From: a virus
Lineage: Duplodnaviria; Heunggongvirae; Uroviricota; Caudoviricetes
Direction: 5' to 3' (one strand)
IMG/VR virus record: IMGVR_UViG_3300018080_000120
DNA length: 64,000 bases
This document shows positions 35,778-45,270 of this stretch, piece after piece (positions within the stretch are counted from its first letter, which is position 1; every line of letters starts with the position of its first letter). The translations under genes and the position numbers were made by a program. The notes under the pieces are model-generated. The model was not told the origin of the DNA and did not search any database. It was given only the letters and a program-made list of their open reading frames with translations.

Positions 35778-36208
35778 AAGTAATTATCGCTGGTAGTCGA
35801 AGTATAAAAGATTATGCTTTTGTTAGACAAATTCTAAATCATGTATGCCAAATCTATTCAATAATTCCGTCTGAAATAGTCTCTGGAAAGGCGAAAAGGG
35901 GAATAGATAAATTAGGTGAAAGATGGGCGGAAGAAAATGGAGTCCCCGTTAAACCATTTCCTGCGGATTGGGATAATCTGGCAGCTCCTGGTGCAGTTGT
36001 AAGAACTAACAACTTTGGTAAACAATATAACGTGAGAGCTGGATATGACCGCAATCAGGAAATGGCAGAATATGGTGATGTTCTGATCGCTATATGGGAT
36101 GGTGTCAGTAATGGTACTAAGGATATGGTTGAAAGAGCAAGAAAAGAAGGTCTAATAGTCTTTCTTTATAACACATCCATTGACGAATGGAAAATTTGGA
36201 GTGTATAA
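35774..36208 (+). CDS. SLOG-superfamily (DUF2493/YspA-like) protein
   Basis: MKVIIAGSRSI..., GKAKRGIDKLGERWA, AGYDRNQEMAEYGDVLIAIWDGVSNGTKDMVERA match DUF2493 pattern (GSR, G.D, RN..M, WDG.S.GT). Confidence 0.55.
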   Translation: MKVIIAGSRSIKDYAFVRQILNHVCQIYSIIPSEIVSGKAKRGIDKLGERWAEENGVPVKPFPADWDNLAAPGAVVRTNNFGKQYNVRAGYDRNQEMAEYGDVLIAIWDGVSNGTKDMVERARKEGLIVFLYNTSIDEWKIWSV

Positions 36209-36375
36209 TGGGCTTGTATAATGCAGTAGATCCGATCGATTGCCCAGTTTACCGGGGACAGTGTGAGGATTGTGGACTTAGCATCTTTGAGATGCCAGAT
36301 GGAACGTTAAGGGTGAAAGGAACCCCTCCACCTGACCATCTTTGTACTTTATCAAGAGAGGATCAAGAAAAATGA
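36208..36375 (+). CDS. small Cys-containing protein
   Basis: track ORF 36187..36375; start ambiguous (36187 or 36208). Confidence 0.4.
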   Translation: MGLYNAVDPIDCPVYRGQCEDCGLSIFEMPDGTLRVKGTPPPDHLCTLSREDQEK

Positions 36376-36563
36376 GAAGGCACAAACACTGTGGGAAAGT
36401 GGCTGAAATGCTGCAAAAGGCAGATAAAGGGAGAAAGAAACCTTGGATGCCAAGAGGTGGAGACCCTATACCAGCAAGCAGAGCCCACAAACCAAAGAAA
36501 GGGGCGTACAACCGCAAAAAAGAAAGAAATATTTCGAGATTTTTGGAGGATGATTATGGATAG
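36372..36563 (+). CDS. small basic protein
   Basis: K/R-rich 63 aa; ATGA overlap. Confidence 0.4.
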   Translation: MRRHKHCGKVAEMLQKADKGRKKPWMPRGGDPIPASRAHKPKKGAYNRKKERNISRFLEDDYG

Positions 36564-36738
36564 AGTAGGCGAATGGTTAATGGGAACTTTAATAGTGGTT
36601 GGTATCATAATATCAGTAGCTCTTTTCGGAACCACTTGTTTGATAGGAGCAGTTTTATTACTCGCGGTTATTTTGTTTCTTTTTCGGCCAATTTTGTCAA
36701 TTGTGCTCATCATACTTCTCATAGCTCTAATACGTTGA
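36556..36738 (+). CDS. small membrane protein
   Basis: SD ttggaggatgatt-ATG; two TM helices. Confidence 0.45.
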   Translation: MDRVGEWLMGTLIVVGIIISVALFGTTCLIGAVLLLAVILFLFRPILSIVLIILLIALIR

Positions 36739-36745
36739 GGTTAAA

Positions 36746-37057
36746 ATGACAATAGCAATCACTAAAAGAATGCTTGAGACATACAATGTCGATAGCGGAA
36801 AAATTCATAAAGATCGCCGAACCGCTGAACTGGAATTTGAATTTACAATGAAAAGTTCAATGCAAAGACTGCCAGATCTTAGGGTATTCTCTACTTTCAC
36901 AGTGGATGATGAATTTCTTACTCGAATTCATACTGATGCGAGTGGATTCATTATGAGGGAGGGCGTTAGAAAAATTCTTAAAGAAAAGTTAAATGAGGTT
37001 TTATTACACTGGGTCTATAGAGGAATGGAACTAGTGTTAAGGCGTCAAGAAGGATAA
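36746..37057 (+). CDS. hypothetical protein
   Basis: 103 aa. Confidence 0.5.
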   Translation: MTIAITKRMLETYNVDSGKIHKDRRTAELEFEFTMKSSMQRLPDLRVFSTFTVDDEFLTRIHTDASGFIMREGVRKILKEKLNEVLLHWVYRGMELVLRRQEG

Positions 37058-37075
37058 GGAGGAGCTAAGGGGCAA

Positions 37076-37249
37076 ATGTCGGCTTTTGTCTGCGAAGAGT
37101 GCAGACTAATATCGGATAATGGAGATAAGTGTTCATCTTGTAGCAGTAAGAGACTACTTCGCATAACTTCGATGAACATAGGAAAAGTAATCGATAACCC
37201 ATATCAACAAATGTGTATCCGTATGGATCACACAATTGACAAAGAATAG
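37076..37249 (+). CDS. zinc-ribbon small protein (57 aa)
   Basis: CEEC...CSSC; SD aaggaggagctaagg. Confidence 0.4.
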   Translation: MSAFVCEECRLISDNGDKCSSCSSKRLLRITSMNIGKVIDNPYQQMCIRMDHTIDKE

Positions 37250-37261
37250 AGGAGGAATAAG

Positions 37262-37570
37262 ATGAAAAGATTTTTAACGATTTTGTTTGTATCACTATTT
37301 ACATTTGGTTTGATGGCCCCGGCCAGCGCTGCCACAGGAACGAATGTAATTGTTCCTCTGGAAGAATTGGATGACATGACTCGAAATAAGGTCATCAAAA
37401 AGATCAAGATAAAACAGCTTAATGACAAAGGGAAGCCTATTACCACTGAGGTAAAATATATAAAACGATATGAGTTCAAGGACAGTGCATGCAGGTCGGT
37501 ATCTGCGGCATGTCACGCTCTAGCCTTTATTGCTTTGAATATCACTACCATTAGCTTGTTGGTAGGGTAA
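37262..37570 (+). CDS. secreted protein with signal peptide
   Basis: MKRFLTILFVSLFTFGLMAPASA. Confidence 0.5.
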   Translation: MKRFLTILFVSLFTFGLMAPASAATGTNVIVPLEELDDMTRNKVIKKIKIKQLNDKGKPITTEVKYIKRYEFKDSACRSVSAACHALAFIALNITTISLLVG

Positions 37571-37571
37571 A

Positions 37572-37745
37572 ATGAGTCACGATTGTAAAAATTGCGGAAA
37601 CGCATGTAAATTGAGGCCACTTGACGACCTTACTCCATTAGAATTATGGCATATTATGGAAGGATTCGATGACATATATCCATATGTTCAGATTGGATGG
37701 AGTGCAATGCAAACGCCAATGATGGCATTTCCAGAGGAGGAGTAG
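37572..37745 (+). CDS. Cys-containing small protein (57 aa)
   Basis: CKNCGNAC; overlaps alternative start of next ORF. Confidence 0.3.
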   Translation: MSHDCKNCGNACKLRPLDDLTPLELWHIMEGFDDIYPYVQIGWSAMQTPMMAFPEEE

Positions 37746-38149
37746 AGCGGCGCTCTCCTTGTCTAATGGCTTTAACAATAGAGCATATAGAGGATTGCCA
37801 ACACTATCTTGGAAAAGCATATGCTGCAGTTCACTCATTTCTCGATCAGTATGCACATGATTTTCCGGTCGAACATTTTGTCGATTATCACCGGACTTTT
37901 TTGCACAATTCCTATGGTGTGGCAATCCTAAAAGCATTTTTTGGGGAGGGCGGTGAAAAAGCCGCCCTTATTCATCTATATCGAGATTATTTCGAAGGGC
38001 CTATCACGCATTTACCTTTAGAGGTAGTGCTGGAGAGGGCTCGTAAATCTCTAATATGGTGGAATACAATGCAGCATAGTTATTCACCCCAACCACATAT
38101 TTTAAGAGGTTGGGAAGGACAAAGTCTGTGCTATTTAGCATTTAAGTAA
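37697..38149 (+). CDS. hypothetical protein (start uncertain, possibly 37766)
   Basis: 150-aa track ORF. Confidence 0.45.
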   Translation: MECNANANDGISRGGVERRSPCLMALTIEHIEDCQHYLGKAYAAVHSFLDQYAHDFPVEHFVDYHRTFLHNSYGVAILKAFFGEGGEKAALIHLYRDYFEGPITHLPLEVVLERARKSLIWWNTMQHSYSPQPHILRGWEGQSLCYLAFK

Positions 38150-38158
38150 GGAGGCAAA

Positions 38159-38587
38159 ATGCCAGTAATAGTATTCAATAAAAGGACGGGCAAATATCTT
38201 CAAAGACATTCGGGGTCTTTTAATAAAAAAGTCCGAGATATGCGATGGAAATTGGGGAAGAAGATCTGCGAAATATTTGGACCAGCTCCCTCGTGGTATG
38301 GAGGAATGAGTGAGAGTGCTCGAGAAGAGTATGAGAAGTATCATGTTAAAGTACGGCAATTTTGTGAAGATTCCATCTTCAACGCAGAACCAGGAGATGC
38401 TCGAGTTTATGCCACCGAGAGTTCAGCGAAAACATCAGTTGGAGTATGGAATAAACCATTTAAAGATCGTGTTTACAAATTGCCAGATCATCTGGAAATA
38501 CATGAAATAAAGGAATCGTTCGTTTGCGTGATGAGACCAGATGGCAGTTCAAACTGCGATGATGAGGAAGAAAATGAGCGAAGCTAA
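38159..38587 (+). CDS. hypothetical protein
   Basis: 142 aa, SD taaggaggcaaa. Confidence 0.55.
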   Translation: MPVIVFNKRTGKYLQRHSGSFNKKVRDMRWKLGKKICEIFGPAPSWYGGMSESAREEYEKYHVKVRQFCEDSIFNAEPGDARVYATESSAKTSVGVWNKPFKDRVYKLPDHLEIHEIKESFVCVMRPDGSSNCDDEEENERS

Positions 38588-38876
38588 ATGGGTTGTTAAA
38601 AAAGAGTGGACTACCGAGGAAGATTGTGAAGAGATGCTCGAAGAATATGGCCATGATCCAGATGACTATGAAATGGATGATTTCCAGGAAATAGAAATCT
38701 CCGTTGTCAGAAACAATAACATTCATGGCCTTAGATCTTATGGATGGGCTGGTGTAGATAAGATAATTTTATTCAGTGATGAGAGCTTCGATGAAGAAGT
38801 AACTCAGGAAACAATTGACTGGTGTGTTAAAGTGGCAGAAGCAGTTGCCAAAACTCTTAACAAGAAAGGTTTATAA
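38574..38876 (+). CDS. acidic hypothetical protein
   Basis: D/E-rich. Confidence 0.5.
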   Translation: MSEAKWVVKKEWTTEEDCEEMLEEYGHDPDDYEMDDFQEIEISVVRNNNIHGLRSYGWAGVDKIILFSDESFDEEVTQETIDWCVKVAEAVAKTLNKKGL

Positions 38877-38878
38877 AA

Positions 38879-39214
38879 ATGCCAGAAAATAAAAAGAAAA
38901 CAACAACAATGGATGTAAGACAAGTAAAAGCGAAACTTATCAAAGATGCGGGTCGCATTGTACAATTGGATCAGCTGTGTGCGATGACAAAGGATAAAGA
39001 GCTGTCTGAAAAGATGAAGCTTGCCAGTGAAACCGCCATAAATGCGATTGCAGCAGTACTAATTCTAACGCCTGATATAATTGAGTTGCCCTACAGCATG
39101 GAAGAGCTGAAAAGCAGTTCTAAGATTATGATAGTCGAGAGTAAAGAAGAAGGTCAGGATAAACTCGCAGCGCTTCAAAGAAATCTAACTCTCGGCCAAG
39201 GAGGCAACGCGTAA
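38879..39214 (+). CDS. hypothetical protein
   Basis: 111 aa. Confidence 0.5.
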   Translation: MPENKKKTTTMDVRQVKAKLIKDAGRIVQLDQLCAMTKDKELSEKMKLASETAINAIAAVLILTPDIIELPYSMEELKSSSKIMIVESKEEGQDKLAALQRNLTLGQGGNA

Positions 39215-39224
39215 GGAGTAAGCC

Positions 39225-40637
39225 ATGAATTTTGCAAAGGCTCTACAAGAAAATCGAGTTCTTCAAGAAGCAACTTCTATTTTGAGTAAAATAGAGCAGG
39301 CCGGATATTCTGCTTTTATCGTTGGTGGGGCAGTCCGTGATTTACTAATGGGTAAGGAAATAGATGATGTTGATTTAACCACCAATTGTCCAGTAAAAAT
39401 CCTCGAAGAAATGTTTATTACCTATGACATTGGCAGATCAAAAGATTTTGGTATCTTGTCTATAGTTGGGGATCATGGAACTTATGAAACTGCTCAATTC
39501 CGAACTGATGGTAAATATGAGGATGGTAGAAGACCTAAAGATGTCAAAATAGCAGGCACTTTTCGAGAAGATTCTTTCCGGCGAGATTTTACCGTCAACG
39601 CTATGGGTATAGATAAGAAAGGAAATCTTTTTGATTACGTTGGCGGAAGAGGTGATATTTATTGTCGAAGAATTCGTGCGGTTGGAAATCCAGTAGTGAG
39701 ATTTACGGAAGATCATCTGCGAATGATAAGAGCTCCGAGGTTTGCTTCTAAAACAGGCTTTTCCATCGAAAGGAGTACTCGAATAGCCATAAGAAGGCTG
39801 TTCAAACTAATAAATAATATCACACCTGAAAGAATCCGCTTGGAAATCATAAAAGCTGCAAAGCTTGGTGGAAAAAGATTTGCCAATTTCATTCTTCAGC
39901 TCGACAATTTGAAACTTTTGTCTCGAATTTTACCAGAAGTCCATAATCTAAAATATTTCGAGCACAATCTCCGCCATCATCCTGAGGGAAAAGACGTGCT
40001 TACTCATGTTATTCGGTGTTTGGAAGTCAGTGATGGTGTTGACTATCTTTCACTACTAAGCATTCTGTTTCATGACATAGGAAAAGGGACTTCTTGGCAA
40101 GAAAAAGGTGGTGGGTTTCCCCCAAGTTATCATCGACATGAACGAGCGAGTGCAGACCTCACTCAAGGAATATGTGAGAGGCTGAAATTCAGTCTTTACG
40201 AAACTCGAGCTATGGTTTTTGCCGTCAAAAATCACATGAAGTTTTTTGAAATGTGTGATATGAAGCCATCCAAAATAGCTCGGCTTGTGAACGAGGAACA
40301 TTTCGATATTCTTAAAAGAGTGGCATATGCTGACCAATTTTCTCGTGGCGAAGAATTCATGTATTACAATCAATTCGACAAGTATTTAGCAAAAGCTCTC
40401 AAGCTGAAAAACCAGTGGGAAAACAAAACAGTGGACCACAAATTGAAATTGGTTGATGGCAAGAGGATCATGGAATTGCTGGATATTGATCCCGGCCCAA
40501 TAGTGGGAGAGATCAAAAACGAAGTGGAAGAATATATAATTGATAACTCTATAAACCCAGACGATAAGGAGAAGATAGATGAAATAATTCTGTCTATTGG
40601 AGGGAAAAATGAAAAGCATACTAAGATCGATTCTTGA
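39225..40637 (+). CDS. cca: CCA-adding enzyme / tRNA nucleotidyltransferase with C-terminal HD domain
   Basis: FIVGGAVRDLLMGKEIDDVDLTT (class II NTase head GGxVRD...DxD), FRRDFTVNAM (RRD motif), LFHDIGK (HD). Confidence 0.9.
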   Translation: MNFAKALQENRVLQEATSILSKIEQAGYSAFIVGGAVRDLLMGKEIDDVDLTTNCPVKILEEMFITYDIGRSKDFGILSIVGDHGTYETAQFRTDGKYEDGRRPKDVKIAGTFREDSFRRDFTVNAMGIDKKGNLFDYVGGRGDIYCRRIRAVGNPVVRFTEDHLRMIRAPRFASKTGFSIERSTRIAIRRLFKLINNITPERIRLEIIKAAKLGGKRFANFILQLDNLKLLSRILPEVHNLKYFEHNLRHHPEGKDVLTHVIRCLEVSDGVDYLSLLSILFHDIGKGTSWQEKGGGFPPSYHRHERASADLTQGICERLKFSLYETRAMVFAVKNHMKFFEMCDMKPSKIARLVNEEHFDILKRVAYADQFSRGEEFMYYNQFDKYLAKALKLKNQWENKTVDHKLKLVDGKRIMELLDIDPGPIVGEIKNEVEEYIIDNSINPDDKEKIDEIILSIGGKNEKHTKIDS

Positions 40638-41019
40638 TATGTTGAAAGCGGCTCTTAAACTTGTGCGAACTTTTATACGGCTGTTATTCAAAGCTGTTTA
40701 TCTGTCTCTAAGGAACAGAATTTACAAATTGTTAGCGCGTTTTCTCATGAGCAAGTATTTTCTGTTCCTGGCGAAAATCTATTATTCAACAAAATGGGTC
40801 ATACCATATAATAGAGCTAAAGTCTGTATGGCTTATCGCTTGTACGAAGGCAGCGAACTTTATCGGCAGCGGTGCATTCAAGTAAACCCGCATTTTGCTG
40901 AAGAGTCCTTTATAACTTGCAAGGGATATAACTATTTCAGGCACAAACTTACTAAGATGGACAAGTTGAAAGCTTTGGTAATTCCTTTCAATTATTGCTC
41001 GCCGCCACAGGAGGATTGA
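40609..41019 (+). CDS. hypothetical protein
   Basis: SD ggaggg 5 nt upstream; track ORF from 40597. Confidence 0.5.
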   Translation: MKSILRSILDMLKAALKLVRTFIRLLFKAVYLSLRNRIYKLLARFLMSKYFLFLAKIYYSTKWVIPYNRAKVCMAYRLYEGSELYRQRCIQVNPHFAEESFITCKGYNYFRHKLTKMDKLKALVIPFNYCSPPQED

Positions 41020-41023
41020 TATT

Positions 41024-41227
41024 ATGTCAAAAGACTTGGTCGTCATTGATCCCAAAGTAATAGCAAAAACAATGGTAGATAAATTTGAATTCGACTTTGA
41101 TCAATTAAGAGAAAATGAGTGTGATGGTTGGTCTGATGCAATAATAGACGCTATGCAATATCTTTATGACATCGAAACAAAGGTTTACGAGCAGATGAAA
41201 TCGATATATCTCGGGAGTGGAAAATGA
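41024..41227 (+). CDS. hypothetical protein
   Basis: 67 aa. Confidence 0.45.
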   Translation: MSKDLVVIDPKVIAKTMVDKFEFDFDQLRENECDGWSDAIIDAMQYLYDIETKVYEQMKSIYLGSGK

Positions 41228-41412
41228 TAGAAATAGACGGAAAGATTCATGATAAATATTGTCCATTTCATCATATGCCTTATTTCTCTGGAGATGGATG
41301 TCCTAATTGCCGTAAATTAAGTCCTTCTGTAAAAGAAAAGATTCCTTTAGCAATTCGTATGTCAAATAAAGAAAAGAGGCTTAAAGATGTTCAGGAAGTA
41401 TCCGGAAATTGA
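41224..41412 (+). CDS. zinc-ribbon protein
   Basis: CPFHH...CPNC. Confidence 0.45.
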   Translation: MIEIDGKIHDKYCPFHHMPYFSGDGCPNCRKLSPSVKEKIPLAIRMSNKEKRLKDVQEVSGN

Positions 41413-42355
41413 GAATACTTACAATAGAAAGTTCATAGATAAGTTTATCTATTTGTATCCACAACTTCTTAAGGCACATTATGTGATCTATGAGAAGCTA
41501 CATGGTAGTAATGTACAAATTATCGTTCCCAGTAATGGAGATTTTCAGTTAGGTAAGCGCCACAGTCTAATTGAACCCAATGAAAACTTTTATGGTATAT
41601 GGGATACTATAAAACGTTATTCTCAGCCTATAAACAAAATCTCTGAATATGTGAAGAGATGTGGTTATTCCTATATGAATTACTACTGCGAGTATTTTGG
41701 TGGCGATGGTGAAAGAGAGCCAAGGATCCAAAAAGGAGTAATTTACAACCCTCTACAACAGATTAGATTTTTCGCTGTGGCGATTGAGGGTAGACTTCAG
41801 CCGCCCATAGTTCTTGAAGATATTTTTGACCATTTAGGGCTGAAAGAATTGTTAGTACCAAAAATAGGTATAATAGAAGGCTTGGATGCTGCTTTACATA
41901 TAGATGTAAATATGACTACTTTAATTAATCCTTACATTGAGGATAACTTTTTGGAAGGTGTGGTCATCCAGCCTCATACCAGAACTTTCGTAGATAAAAC
42001 TGGTAAACGTTTCCTTCTGAAGAAAAAACATCCGAAGTTTGAAGAAAGGGGAAAAAGGAAGAAATCAAAGCCAGTAGTTAATGATTTAGACGAAAAGATC
42101 ATTGGTCGGCTTCATGAGATATTTCTTGGATATCTAAATGAAAATAGGCTGCAAGGAACATTTTCTAAGGTCGGAGAAATTCAGGACAAATCCGAGATGA
42201 GCAAGTACATCGAATTTACGATAAAAGATGCCATCAAAGATTTTGAAAAAGATTTCGGCGATGAAATGGATGAAGCTGGGTATAGCCGCTTAGAAAGGAA
42301 GCGTATCTACAAAGGGGCAGGAGTTATTGTGGAAATGCTTAAGCAATATTTATAG
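41387..42355 (+). CDS. ATP-dependent RNA ligase (Rnl2-like)
   Basis: EKLHGSNVQI = ligase motif I (KxHGxN as in T4 Rnl2 KIHGTN); NFLEGVVIQP (motif IV), FLLKKKHPKF (motif V). Confidence 0.7.
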   Translation: MFRKYPEIENTYNRKFIDKFIYLYPQLLKAHYVIYEKLHGSNVQIIVPSNGDFQLGKRHSLIEPNENFYGIWDTIKRYSQPINKISEYVKRCGYSYMNYYCEYFGGDGEREPRIQKGVIYNPLQQIRFFAVAIEGRLQPPIVLEDIFDHLGLKELLVPKIGIIEGLDAALHIDVNMTTLINPYIEDNFLEGVVIQPHTRTFVDKTGKRFLLKKKHPKFEERGKRKKSKPVVNDLDEKIIGRLHEIFLGYLNENRLQGTFSKVGEIQDKSEMSKYIEFTIKDAIKDFEKDFGDEMDEAGYSRLERKRIYKGAGVIVEMLKQYL

Positions 42356-42364
42356 GAGAGAACA

Positions 42365-42655
42365 ATGAAAAGAGCAGAAAAATCAATTCCAAGATTTAGT
42401 GGTACATTGTGGAAAACAAAGATATTTTTCAAAGCATTTTGGAAACATATTATTACGGGTATATTAATACTTCTATTTTTTCTGTGGACACTTGTGAGCA
42501 TTGTTCATAGCATTTCGTCTATTAATAGACAAGATGTCATCGATGGCTCAGCCCGAGCTGTGGTAAAAACTGAAAAATTCTTTGAAGATCTAAAAACAAA
42601 AGTAGATGAATTAAGAAAGGAGAAAAACGATGCAGATAAAAACTATGGGAAGTAG
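42365..42655 (+). CDS. membrane protein
   Basis: TM helix ITGILILLFFLWTLVSIV. Confidence 0.5.
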   Translation: MKRAEKSIPRFSGTLWKTKIFFKAFWKHIITGILILLFFLWTLVSIVHSISSINRQDVIDGSARAVVKTEKFFEDLKTKVDELRKEKNDADKNYGK

Positions 42656-43259
42656 AAGTAAAATGGCGATACTGTGCATATCATACCTGGTATTAATTCT
42701 GACCATTTCGCTCAATTTAGGATGTGCAGGCATGCAATATCAGGCTCCGCAATTGACCACAAAGTCTTGTTCGGAGCTATTTTCGTGGGTAAAGAGTGTC
42801 ATGCCACCGGTTTTCGACGAGGGTTTTGATGAAGTTCCTGAGGTTTACATAGTAAGCCGTGACGAGATAAGAGAAAGGATGGCCGATGCAATAGACAGTG
42901 ATCCGCTGTTCAAAAAGTGGGTAGAAAAATATGGTCGCAAAAGTGCAGAAGAAATGCGCGCTGCTACAATCGAAAACGTCGTCACTCTCTGTCATATGAC
43001 AACATTGAAAATATATGTGGTTGATGGCTTAAGTCCATGCCAAACTGAAACCCAAATTGCCTATGGAATGGCTTACTATCTCATGGTTTCCAAGTATGGA
43101 AGAGGAGATGATTTGTCTTTTGGCCAAGCTTTGATGAGACGGATGTATTATGGAAGAATATCCACCATCATAAAGATGGCTTATTTTCGAACTTTTTGTG
43201 TGAAAGTGGAGACTTCTAAGGAGCCTTCGAAAGAAGCGGGAGAAGGCGATTACATATAA
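42630..43259 (+). CDS. lipoprotein/secreted protein
   Basis: signal MAILCISYLVLILTISLNLGC. Confidence 0.5.
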   Translation: MQIKTMGSRSKMAILCISYLVLILTISLNLGCAGMQYQAPQLTTKSCSELFSWVKSVMPPVFDEGFDEVPEVYIVSRDEIRERMADAIDSDPLFKKWVEKYGRKSAEEMRAATIENVVTLCHMTTLKIYVVDGLSPCQTETQIAYGMAYYLMVSKYGRGDDLSFGQALMRRMYYGRISTIIKMAYFRTFCVKVETSKEPSKEAGEGDYI

Positions 43260-43459
43260 TGGTTGTTTGCGCAAAATGCCACAAAAGGGATTTGTTTACC
43301 ACGCAATGTAAAAGACCTTTAGAAAATCATTCAATTATGATAGCTCCATCGAAATTGGCTGATGGGTGCGACATGTGTGGAAAAAAAGGCAAACTTTACA
43401 TATGTTTGGAATATAACAAAATAAAAAGAGAAACAAATGAAAACATTTATTGCTCATAG
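43259..43459 (+). CDS. zinc-ribbon protein
   Basis: CAKCH...CDMCG. Confidence 0.45.
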   Translation: MVVCAKCHKRDLFTTQCKRPLENHSIMIAPSKLADGCDMCGKKGKLYICLEYNKIKRETNENIYCS

Positions 43460-43468
43460 GAGATCAAT

Positions 43469-44782
43469 GTGTTTGTAATACCGCCCGGATTACTTATAAA
43501 TAGTAATGTAAATGACATAATATTGCCACTAGATTATTTTGGCATACATCTTGAGGATTTCATTGCCAAGCCTATTAAAGTCTGGATGAATAGAGCTCTT
43601 GATATCGAACCGGAATGTTTTGGACAATTAATGAACCTGGCAAATCTGCCGTTCATTCATTCTCATGTATCTCAGATGGCTGATGGTCATAAGGGATATG
43701 GTATGTCTATTGGCGGTGTAATTGCCACAAAAGATGTGATAATTCCTAACGCAGTAGGAAAAGACGTTGGGTGTGGTATGTTGGCTTTCATGTTGACTAA
43801 TCTAACTTTAGATGATATTATGCCCCGAAGAGAAGACATTGTTGCAGAAATTCTCAAAAAGATCCCGGTTGGTTTTGATCACAGAAAGAATCCTTTCCGA
43901 ATGAAAGGATACATCATGACCAAAATAAAGAAGGAGATATTAGAGAGAAGCGCAATAAATGGTATCGGCCATCCCAAAAAGCCTGAGCCTCCTGTTTTTG
44001 GAAAGGAAAAGGAAAGAATAGAATATCAAACTGCAACCCTTGGCGGAGGGAATCATTTTATTGAAATTCAGAAAGACGAAGAAGGCCATCCCTGGATAAT
44101 GATTCATTCAGGAAGTCGTAATTTTGGCTCCAGAGTATGTGGTTATTACGACAAAATTGCCGCAGATATAAATGATAAATACTATTCTCAAGTGCCAAGA
44201 AAATGGGAGCTTGCATTCATACCGAGAGAAGATCCTTTGTTCAATTATTATTGGTATGACATGCAATGTGCTTTGTATTTTGCCTATCTAAATAGGTTAT
44301 ATATGCATTTTGTGATTGTGGAAGATGTATTACCTGCCATATTCGGCAAAAGGACAGGATATACTGCACCTATTAATATCCATCATAACTATGCGTCTCT
44401 TGAAAATCACTTCGGGAAAAATGTGTTCGTCCACCGGAAAGGTGCGACCCAAGCAAAGAAAGGACAAACTTGCATAATACCTGGATCAATGGGTACAAAT
44501 AGTTATATTGGAAAAGGTTTGGGGAACAAAGATTCATTCGAATCTTGTTCTCATGGATCTGGTAGGGCTCTTCCTCGCAATAAGGCTTTGAAGAAGTTTA
44601 CCAAAGAACAAGTTCTTGCTTATTACAAAGAAAGAGATATTGTGCTGGGTGTTAAGGATCTTGAAAAGATCGCAGCTGAATGTGATTGGGCTTACAAAGA
44701 TATCAAGGACGTAATGAAAAATCAGGAAGACCTTGTAAAAATTGTCCATGAACTGACACCAGTTGCAGTCGTCAAGGGATAA
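43469..44782 (+). CDS. rtcB: RtcB-family RNA ligase
   Basis: IPGSMGTNSYIGKG, CSHGSGR, VFVHRKGAT, GGGNHFIE match RtcB conserved motifs. Confidence 0.85.
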   Translation: MFVIPPGLLINSNVNDIILPLDYFGIHLEDFIAKPIKVWMNRALDIEPECFGQLMNLANLPFIHSHVSQMADGHKGYGMSIGGVIATKDVIIPNAVGKDVGCGMLAFMLTNLTLDDIMPRREDIVAEILKKIPVGFDHRKNPFRMKGYIMTKIKKEILERSAINGIGHPKKPEPPVFGKEKERIEYQTATLGGGNHFIEIQKDEEGHPWIMIHSGSRNFGSRVCGYYDKIAADINDKYYSQVPRKWELAFIPREDPLFNYYWYDMQCALYFAYLNRLYMHFVIVEDVLPAIFGKRTGYTAPINIHHNYASLENHFGKNVFVHRKGATQAKKGQTCIIPGSMGTNSYIGKGLGNKDSFESCSHGSGRALPRNKALKKFTKEQVLAYYKERDIVLGVKDLEKIAAECDWAYKDIKDVMKNQEDLVKIVHELTPVAVVKG

Positions 44783-44808
44783 GATTAACCTTTAACTGAG
44801 AAGAGGGA

Positions 44809-45270
44809 ATGTATTACACATACGATGAGGCTTTGAATAGAATAGAAGAATTCATGATGAAAAGTGGTCTTCGATATTTCTGTACGAAGGTTTGTAAAGG
44901 CGCTTGCTGTTCTGGTTGTTATGAAAGTGATAAGGCATGCCATAAAAATGAAGGCCGGAGATTATCATGTTCCATTTTTCTTTGCTTGCAATTGGTCAGT
45001 ATAGCATTTTCTTCCGAAGAAAGAAATGAGTTTCTCGAAGTGAAAGGCCATTGCTTAGATGTGATTGACAGGAATTTAACAAAAGGCAGTCAATATTTTG
45101 ATGTACATACAAAGACATTACAGAACAAATGTAAATTTAATTCTGCTGTAATAGACAAACTGGAACAAATAAATACTTCCAAAGTCAAATATAAAGTAAT
45201 GAGTATGAGAGCACTTCTTAATAGGATGGCTGAGCGCGCTCTATGGAAGAAGAGAAAAAATGAAGCATAA
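44809..45270 (+). CDS. Cys-rich hypothetical protein
   Basis: CKGACCSGCYESDKACH. Confidence 0.5.
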   Translation: MYYTYDEALNRIEEFMMKSGLRYFCTKVCKGACCSGCYESDKACHKNEGRRLSCSIFLCLQLVSIAFSSEERNEFLEVKGHCLDVIDRNLTKGSQYFDVHTKTLQNKCKFNSAVIDKLEQINTSKVKYKVMSMRALLNRMAERALWKKRKNEA

